Positions 9,350-15,764 of a stretch of 15,764 nucleotides of DNA are shown one piece after another. How positions within the stretch are numbered: position 1 is the stretch's first letter; the number at the start of each line of letters is the position of its first letter. A program made the translations under genes and the position numbers. The stretch spans positions 1 through 15,764 of the forward strand of contig JAEOTZ010000011.1 of NCBI GenBank assembly GCA_016839585.1, in the 5' to 3' direction. The DNA is from Promethearchaeota archaeon. Lineage in GTDB: Archaea > Asgardarchaeota > Lokiarchaeia > Sigyniarchaeales > SOKP01. The notes under the pieces are model-generated. The model was not told the origin of the DNA. It searched no databases and saw only the letters and a program-made list of their open reading frames with translations.

Positions 9350-10348
9350 TCAGCAAGTTAATGATTTAAATGTATTTTCTTTACATGTATTTTTATTACT
9401 ATCTTTTTTCGTTAAGCCAGACCAATGAGCATTTTTTACACCAGTAGATTTAGCAATTTCAAAAAAATGTTCCATTTCTTCCTTAGTCATAAGAGGTTCA
9501 TCTTTCAAAATCCAATCAAGATCTAAACGTTCATATTTGGCTGTGCATAAATTATTGAATGCAAGTAAATCCCATCTTGAAGGGAAGTTGTTTAATTCAT
9601 TTACAATAAATTCACCAATACCTCGTATATTTTCATCTGTAGCAGTATACTGAGGAATTAGAGGTGTACGTATCCACATTTCTTTTCCATCTTTTTTAAG
9701 AAGGCTCGCAAGCCATCTAGCATTTTCAAAGATTTTCTCGTTTGATACTCCTGTCCATCTCTCATGTTTTTCCGAATTAAATTCCTTAATATCTAAAAGC
9801 ACTAAATCAACATATGGTATTATTTTTTCATATGTCTTTTTAGAAGTATATCCGCAAGTATCTAAAGCTGTTAAGATGTCATTTTCCTTACATTTTTTTA
9901 AAAAATTTGTAACAAAATCAGATTGCACCGTAGGCTCACCACCTGAGGCAGTGACTCCTCCATTTGATTTAAGATAATACACTTTATCTTTATTAATCTC
10001 ATGGAATAACTCCTCTAAATCCCACCATTTACCAAACATATTTAATGCTGTACTTGGACATTCCTCAACACATCTTCCGCAACTATTACACTTTTCTCTA
10101 TCTATATGCATACCATCTTCATCAAGCATTAAAGCTTTTAGCTCACAAGTCTCTATACATGTCTTACATCCAATACATTTATGTTTAAACCATTGTAGCT
10201 GTTTTTTTATCAAGATTGATTCGGGATTATGACACCATATACATCTTAAAGGACATTGCTTAAAAAAAACGGTTGTCCTAATACCTGGTCCATCTTCAGT
10301 TGACATCTTTTGTATTTCAAAGATTAATCCCTTGTCTGCATCAATCAT
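9350..10348 (-). CDS. Glycyl-radical enzyme activase (radical SAM with ferredoxin insert)
   Basis: DGPGIRTTVFFKQCPLRCIWCHNPE (CxxxCxxC), two extra cluster motifs CIGCKTCIETC and CNSCGRCVEECP, GGVTASGGEP and DTCG. AGGTG RBS upstream. Confidence 0.96.
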   Translation of the reverse strand: MIDADKGLIFEIQKMSTEDGPGIRTTVFFKQCPLRCIWCHNPESILIKKQLQWFKHKCIGCKTCIETCELKALMLDEDGMHIDREKCNSCGRCVEECPSTALNMFGKWWDLEELFHEINKDKVYYLKSNGGVTASGGEPTVQSDFVTNFLKKCKENDILTALDTCGYTSKKTYEKIIPYVDLVLLDIKEFNSEKHERWTGVSNEKIFENARWLASLLKKDGKEMWIRTPLIPQYTATDENIRGIGEFIVNELNNFPSRWDLLAFNNLCTAKYERLDLDWILKDEPLMTKEEMEHFFEIAKSTGVKNAHWSGLTKKDSNKNTCKENTFKSLTC

Positions 10349-10380
10349 AAAAATTTTACACCTAATAAGATAAATTCAGG

Positions 10381-10393
10381 AAAAAAAATAAAA
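10381..10393 (-). terminator. Oligo-T tract between GRE and activase (possible leaky internal terminator)
   Basis: Minus strand reads TAA-A-TTTT-A-TTTTTTTT directly after the GRE stop. Confidence 0.35.
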
Positions 10394-10394
10394 T

Positions 10395-12893
10395 TTACAT
10401 TCTATGAGATTCTCGAGCAATTATTTCATCTTGAAGCTCTTTCCCAATTGCAGTAAAATAAGCATTATATCCTGTTACTCTGACTAAAAGGTTTTGATAA
10501 TTTTCTGGATGCTTTTGTGCGTCCTTTAACAACTCCGCATCTAACATGTTAACTTGTAAAGAAGTCCCACCATTCTCAATATATCCTTTTAAATAAGATT
10601 TAAATTTTTCTCGATGCTCAGGATCTCTAAGAATACTAGGATTAAACGTAATGGTGTGACTTGCTCCATTAGGTAGAAAATTCATATATTCTCCATCTTC
10701 AGTTTTTCCACCCAAAGCAATCCCTACTGAATTAGTAACTGCTGTAGGTCCTTTTTGATCCACACCATTAGTTGGACATATCGCATTAGAAAGAAAAATA
10801 CCTGTTTTTCTCCCATCTGGAGTTGCTACGGTAAATCTTGCATCAGCACCTGCCCAATAATTCCATGATAACATTCCTGGTCGATATTGAAAGTTAGTAG
10901 GTGTTTTATAGTTCCATGTTTCATCCGCCCATAGTTTCATTACTTTTCTTGCTAATTCATCAGCTTCATCATTATCATTTCCGTATTTTGGAGCTTTATT
11001 CTTTAATACTTTTTGTATAACTTCATATCCCTCGAAATCATTCATCAACGCCTCTTTAACTTCAGTAACTGTATATTTCTTATCTTCATATACTAGTTTT
11101 TTAATTGCTAATAAAGAATCAACAGTAGTAGCGAACCCAACACCTTCAATTGTAATGTATCGTAATTCAGGACCCCCATTTCTCACATCTAAACCCTTCT
11201 CAATGCAACCACGAACAAGAGTTGATACATATGGAGTTGGAATATATTCCCCTCGAAGTGTTTCACTCATATTGTATACATCAACAGTATATTTTATGAT
11301 AAACTTGATTTGTTCCTTCCAAGCAGCCCAGAATTCTTCCCATGTCTCAAAATTTTCAGGATTTCCAGTTTTTGGCCCGATTTGCTCTCCATCCTTCGTC
11401 CAAGGTTTTTTAAAGTTCCCTGGCATATTTTTACCGTTCCATAATGTTAGTTCAATGCTTTTAGCTAAATTAGGATTACAATTTACTGTGCCTGATCGAT
11501 CATTTCCTTGCATGGTGTTTTCTAAGCAACCAACACAAGCATAATTCCAAGCCTCTTCTTTTTGAATACCCTCTATAAGTAATCCAGCAATGGCTCTTTC
11601 ATCAAAATTTAGTAAAAATGGAGCACCTTGGGACCTTGAAATCATATCAATTATCTTATTTAAAAGTTTATCAGGAGAATTTCGATGTAAACGAATATTT
11701 GGTTTAGGTTCTAATATAGGAGACCATTCATCAATGACTTCTAAAATTGTATAAGTAAGTTCATTTGTTAAATCTTCACTATTAGGACCACAACCAGATA
11801 ATGTCATTAATTGACCCCAGCCACTGTTGATCCCTTGTTTTCCAACCATTATTTGGCCATCATATACAGTATTACAATGAAACCAAAAACTTCCCAAAAT
11901 ATCTTTTGCAAATTCTTTTGTAATATTTTTCTCATCAATAACATCCTTTTCATATAATGGCCATAAATATTGATCTGTTCTACCAAAAGATGCTCCTGCA
12001 CCAGGATATGATTCTTCTGACATAACTAACATATGGGTAAGCCAGAGTGCTTGAACTCCTTGCCAGAAAGTTTTAGCTGGCTCCCAGGGAACAAGTTCAA
12101 GATTTTTTGCCATTTGTTCGAGTTCTTCAACTCTTTCTGGTGTGGACTCTTCTGCTTTTAGGCGTCTACATTCTTCAGCATATTTATTTGCTAATTTTTT
12201 AGGTATTTTCGTGGCTCTTATCATTGCTTTAAGTTCTTGACCTTTTACACCTTGTTTTTCTTTTCTACTAAGTTTATCATATCTAGTTCTTGCTTTTTCA
12301 TAGATAAATTTAAAACCTTTCTTTATTATAGTTTCATAATCAGATATGATATGACCACCAGTAGCACCTAAATTACCAAAACCAGAATTGTGGAATTCAA
12401 AGACAGCTTTTCGTGTTTTTAAATTTTTTTTCCAAAATTTCTTAGCTTCCTTTTTTGTAAAACATTTACTTAATTGTGTTTGAAATCTTCCACCAGCTAT
12501 TAAATCATTCTCAGAAATTATTTCATGTGGAATATAGTTTAACATAGCTTCTTCAAAGAAGATTATCCTACGTTCTGGCAATGATAATTTCCAAAAATTC
12601 TCAATTAATTTGATTGGTATGGCCATTGATCGAAAACAACTTTCGAATACTCCTTTACCTTTATTTCCTAAATACAAGTGAGCTTCTGGAACAATATACA
12701 TATTACCTTCTTCATAAATTAGATCCCAATCAGTTGCAGTCGTAAATGGCATAAATTGATTATACCATTCTCTTTCATTTCCCTTAAAATAATAGTCTCT
12801 TAACCATTTTGATCGTTGAGAAAGATCATGAGGTTCTGCTATTCGATATCGTTGTTCCTTTATATCATCTGGACTTCCATTAATTTTACTCAT
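10395..12893 (-). CDS. Glycyl radical enzyme (PFL2/eliminase-like superfamily), substrate unknown
   Basis: Gly loop LLVRVTGYNAYF (Gly808) and Cys loop YACVGCLE (Cys456, Glu458). Also P.TFWQGVQ..W..H, SFGRTDQYL, APKYGND, ATPDGRK.G..LS and LQVN. Activase is adjacent. Confidence 0.96.
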   Translation of the reverse strand: MSKINGSPDDIKEQRYRIAEPHDLSQRSKWLRDYYFKGNEREWYNQFMPFTTATDWDLIYEEGNMYIVPEAHLYLGNKGKGVFESCFRSMAIPIKLIENFWKLSLPERRIIFFEEAMLNYIPHEIISENDLIAGGRFQTQLSKCFTKKEAKKFWKKNLKTRKAVFEFHNSGFGNLGATGGHIISDYETIIKKGFKFIYEKARTRYDKLSRKEKQGVKGQELKAMIRATKIPKKLANKYAEECRRLKAEESTPERVEELEQMAKNLELVPWEPAKTFWQGVQALWLTHMLVMSEESYPGAGASFGRTDQYLWPLYEKDVIDEKNITKEFAKDILGSFWFHCNTVYDGQIMVGKQGINSGWGQLMTLSGCGPNSEDLTNELTYTILEVIDEWSPILEPKPNIRLHRNSPDKLLNKIIDMISRSQGAPFLLNFDERAIAGLLIEGIQKEEAWNYACVGCLENTMQGNDRSGTVNCNPNLAKSIELTLWNGKNMPGNFKKPWTKDGEQIGPKTGNPENFETWEEFWAAWKEQIKFIIKYTVDVYNMSETLRGEYIPTPYVSTLVRGCIEKGLDVRNGGPELRYITIEGVGFATTVDSLLAIKKLVYEDKKYTVTEVKEALMNDFEGYEVIQKVLKNKAPKYGNDNDEADELARKVMKLWADETWNYKTPTNFQYRPGMLSWNYWAGADARFTVATPDGRKTGIFLSNAICPTNGVDQKGPTAVTNSVGIALGGKTEDGEYMNFLPNGASHTITFNPSILRDPEHREKFKSYLKGYIENGGTSLQVNMLDAELLKDAQKHPENYQNLLVRVTGYNAYFTAIGKELQDEIIARESHRM

Positions 12894-12952
12894 TCTATTT
12901 ATAACCTGGTCTTACTATTAAATAATAGTGTGAAATTAAATGTTAATTATTG

Positions 12953-12977
12953 TTAAAAATATTTATAGCTTATTTTT
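12953..12977 (-). promoter_or_regulatory. Putative BRE/TATA promoter of the GRE operon
   Basis: Minus strand AAAAATAAGC-TATAAATA-TTTTTAA, about 67 nt upstream of the GRE ATG. CAGGT RBS near the start. Confidence 0.45.
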
Positions 12978-13043
12978 ACATTTTATAACAAATTAATACT
13001 ATAAAAGAAAAGGATTAAAAAAATAATAATTTTAACTTTTATT

Positions 13044-13586
13044 TTATTTAAGTCTTTCTTCAGAAAGATGTAAGTGGTCTGTTTCAACTTCCACTAAAGC
13101 TTGGAAAATTTCTTTAACACGAGGATTTTTCGCTTCTTTTGCTGCTTGCCCATAGAATTTGATTGCTCTCTCTTCTCTTTGATGAGATTCTTCTAAATTT
13201 GGTGTATATTCTGATGCACATTTATCATATTCAGGAAAGTCAACTTTATCTAATTTAAGGATCTTTTTCCAGACTGATGCGTGTTCATTTTCTACTTTTG
13301 CCAAAATCTTAAATATTTTCTGACCTTCCAGTTCTGGTGTTTTCTTACTAGAACATTTATAAAAGATTGTATTTGAGACTTCCACTTCTAAAGCTTTCTC
13401 TGCATTTGCTTTGTCTTTTTCATTTAATTCGACATCCCATGCTCCAGTATCATCATAATCTTTTGTTTTAACGAAAAATTTCTTGAAAGCTCCACAAAAT
13501 GGGCAACGACTAGGAGCTTCTTCTCCAATATAAGCTTCTCCACAAATTTTACATACAAACACGTTTACTTTTGTAATTTTTTTCAC
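13044..13586 (-). CDS. Reverse-rubrerythrin-like protein (N-terminal rubredoxin-like site plus ferritin-like di-iron domain)
   Basis: CKICG...CPFCG followed by E..., ENEH, E..., ETDH di-iron ligand pattern. The start is uncertain because GTG 13586 lies inside the AGGTGA RBS. Confidence 0.88.
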   Translation of the reverse strand: MKKITKVNVFVCKICGEAYIGEEAPSRCPFCGAFKKFFVKTKDYDDTGAWDVELNEKDKANAEKALEVEVSNTIFYKCSSKKTPELEGQKIFKILAKVENEHASVWKKILKLDKVDFPEYDKCASEYTPNLEESHQREERAIKFYGQAAKEAKNPRVKEIFQALVEVETDHLHLSEERLK

Positions 13587-13633
13587 CTAAATTGTTTATA
13601 ATTCAAATCTAAATTATGTTATTTTTAAATTTT

Positions 13634-13653
13634 TATAAATATTTATACTTTTG
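13634..13653 (-). promoter_or_regulatory. Putative BRE/TATA promoter of the rubrerythrin-like gene (14-bp palindrome TATAAATATTTATA)
   Basis: Minus strand AAAAG-TATAAATA-TTTATA, about 55 nt upstream of the gene. Confidence 0.4.
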
Positions 13654-13854
13654 ACTTAAAATCTAAAAGTTATATGGCTAATCAGTTCAAAAAAGAAATA
13701 ATTTTAATTTGAGCTAATAATTAAAAAAACCAAAAATTATAATGAAATATAGATAATTTCTAGAAGTAGTAAAATATAATTAATCTGATGCTTTTTTTAT
13801 AAAAAGCTCCTTTTTTAAATAGATAATAATTGGAATCTTTAAATTTCAGAATTT

Positions 13855-14949
13855 ATGAAGCCACGTGTCTTAGGTGTGGATCCCGGATCTTTAAGTTGGG
13901 ACTTCTTTGCATTGGATGATGACACCATAATATTAGACACTTCAATACCAACAAAAGAGTTAATACAAGATCCCCAAAAAGCGATTAATATCATTAGATC
14001 AGTTGAAAACATTGATTTAATGGTTTCTCCTAGTGGATTTGGCCTTCCATTAAAAAATGTAAGAGATTTAACTGAAAAAGATATTTTCTTTACTCTTTTA
14101 AAATTTAATCAGAAAGATAAGGATAAATTAATTGGTCTTGGAGAAGTGCTAAGATTAATTAAAGCACAAAATATTCCAGGGATAATCGTCCCAGGAGTGA
14201 AACATTTACCGACCATTCCAAGATATAGAAAGATTAATAAGATTGATATGGGTACAGCAGATAAATTATGTACAGCTTTAACAGGAATAAGAGATCAAAT
14301 GGAGAGATTTAATGTCGCACCTAAAGGAACAAATTTTATTATGGTTGAAATTGGGTATGGATTTACTGCTGTTTTAGCAATCGAAAATGGTCAAATAATT
14401 GATGGTATTGGTGGTTCTAATATCATGGGATTTAGAGCTTGTGGTTCCCTTGATGGAGAATTAGCATATCTAATTAAAAATATCAGAAAGAAAAATATAT
14501 ATAAAGGTGGAGTAGCTTATATCTCTGGATATTCTGATTTAAGTTTAAGAGAAATAACTCTTTTAGCTGAAAGGGATGAACAAACCAAAACTGCCCTTAA
14601 AGCGTATATTTCAAGTGTTAAAAAAGCAGTGTTTGGAATTGCATCATCATTTTCACAAAAAGAAAAAATAGTGGAAGTTTTATTAGCTGGAAGGGGTGCT
14701 GAATTGAATTATTTAAGAGAACGGATGATTCGTGGTTTAAAAGATGTTGCTCCTGTTAAAATTATGAAATCTTATAGTCAAATAGCTAAACGTGCTGCTC
14801 AAGGTGCTGCTTTCATTGCCAATGGAATATTAGGAGGTAGATTCGAGCCAATTATAAATAACTTAAAAATTAAAGAAGCATCGGGTTCAATTCTTGACGA
14901 TATTTTTATTCCATTTGAAAAAGATAAACTAATACGTGATCTAGATTAA
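13855..14949 (+). CDS. DUF1464-family ASKHA-fold protein (predicted butyrate-kinase-like, COG2441)
   Basis: N-terminal LGVDPGS, PSGFGLP, PGVKHLPTIP.YRKINKIDMGTADK, EIGYGFTA...G.IIDGIGG, G.LDGELAY and KRAAQGAAFIANG. Confidence 0.88.
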   Translation: MKPRVLGVDPGSLSWDFFALDDDTIILDTSIPTKELIQDPQKAINIIRSVENIDLMVSPSGFGLPLKNVRDLTEKDIFFTLLKFNQKDKDKLIGLGEVLRLIKAQNIPGIIVPGVKHLPTIPRYRKINKIDMGTADKLCTALTGIRDQMERFNVAPKGTNFIMVEIGYGFTAVLAIENGQIIDGIGGSNIMGFRACGSLDGELAYLIKNIRKKNIYKGGVAYISGYSDLSLREITLLAERDEQTKTALKAYISSVKKAVFGIASSFSQKEKIVEVLLAGRGAELNYLRERMIRGLKDVAPVKIMKSYSQIAKRAAQGAAFIANGILGGRFEPIINNLKIKEASGSILDDIFIPFEKDKLIRDLD

Positions 14950-15764
14950 AATTCTTATAATTACAGGTCAAAATAGTTATCCAACTATTAAAAAGATTGT
15001 ACAACCCATTGAAGAACATTTTATTTCCGTATTTAAAGCTCCAATTTCAGTATCTGCATTTTTAACAGAAAAAATGACTGATAATATTCTGAAAAATCAA
15101 GATCTTTCTCAATTTAATTTAATTTTACTTCCTGGGTTCGTTCAATGGAATACAAGTAGTTTAGAAAAAAAATTCTATACTAAGATTAAAAAAGGACCAG
15201 AATTCGCTTCTGACTTACCTTCAATATTAAAAAATCTTGAAAATATTGATTTATCAAATACAATTCCAGCAAACAAATTAATAGAAATTTCTGGTGAAAA
15301 GTTGTACAATCAAATCCTAGAAGAGCGATTAGATATTGCAAAGAAGAATTTAGGATTTCACACATTTTATCTTAATGAAAAAAGTTCAAATATAATAATA
15401 GGGCGAAATTTGCCTCCCCCTATAATAGCTGAGATTGTAAATTGTACTGAAAAGTCTAAGAAAAGTATAATTAAGAAAGTGAAGCATTATATTAACTCAG
15501 GAGCAGATATAATCGATATTGGATGTGTTGCAAATAAACCCCACCCCCAGAGAGTTAAAGAAATTATTGATCTCATTAGAGACAATTTTAATATACTAAT
15601 AAGTATTGATTCAATGGATACTAACGAGATATTAGCCGCTGTAGAGAGTAAAATCGATTTAATCCTTAGCCTAGATTTAGGAAATTATATGGAATTTTCA
15701 GATATTCCAAGAAATATCCCTATTGTTATATTACCAACTAAAATTAATGAGGGATACTTTCCAA
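14945..15764 (+). CDS. Dihydropteroate-synthase-like protein (archaeal MJ0107/Orf20-type), 3'-truncated; absent from the ORF track
   Basis: Manual translation is open to the window end: IKILIITG...PISVSAFL...LILLPG...KGPEFASDLP...LS.TIPA...PIIAEI...SGADIIDIG...ISIDS...DLILSLD...IVILP. It overlaps the DUF1464 stop. There is no ATG/GTG/TTG until ATG 15074. Confidence 0.88.
   Translation, partial: MKILIITGQNSYPTIKKIVQPIEEHFISVFKAPISVSAFLTEKMTDNILKNQDLSQFNLILLPGFVQWNTSSLEKKFYTKIKKGPEFASDLPSILKNLENIDLSNTIPANKLIEISGEKLYNQILEERLDIAKKNLGFHTFYLNEKSSNIIIGRNLPPPIIAEIVNCTEKSKKSIIKKVKHYINSGADIIDIGCVANKPHPQRVKEIIDLIRDNFNILISIDSMDTNEILAAVESKIDLILSLDLGNYMEFSDIPRNIPIVILPTKINEGYFP

Noticed and set aside
9293-9355. 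Activase ends Cys-TGA, suggesting a Cys-Sec motif
   Set aside because: Read-through gives only a low-complexity K/N/Y tail from AT-rich spacer DNA. I saw no SECIS-like hairpin, and the activase domain is already complete.
11155-11544. 129-aa plus-strand ORF
   Set aside because: Antisense shadow of the GRE.
10395-12893. Labelling the GRE as pyruvate formate-lyase, CutC or HypD
   Set aside because: It lacks the PFL Cys-Cys pair, and the pocket-forming segments do not match the CutC/HypD motifs I recall.
1-15764. None of the 13 gene ends uses TAG, suggesting genome-wide amber recoding
   Set aside because: TAG is naturally rare in AT-rich genomes and the sample is small. No gene body is split by TAG apart from the ambiguous case at 14942.

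Overview
AT-rich archaeal window, probably Asgard/Lokiarchaeota-like (inferred from gene content, AGGTGA-type ribosome-binding sites and TATA-like promoters; taxonomy not verifiable here). It has 14 protein-coding genes, two of them cut by the window edges. I saw no RNA genes, CRISPR arrays or mobile elements. Two modules are interleaved. (1) A methanopterin (H4MPT)-type cofactor biosynthesis neighbourhood: beta-RFAP synthase, MptD dihydroneopterin aldolase, DUF447, an AIR-synthase/PurM-like ATPase, a DUF1464 ASKHA protein, and a dihydropteroate-synthase-like gene that is missing from the ORF track and appears to start at ATT. (2) Inside it, a minus-strand glycyl-radical module: a GRE with non-canonical active-site loops, its radical-SAM activase, and a tandem PNPOx-like split-barrel protein, preceded by a reverse-rubrerythrin-like gene. 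This GRE triad is the best candidate for an undescribed system. A stand-alone tricysteine LarE, two membrane proteins and a 475-aa orphan complete the window.
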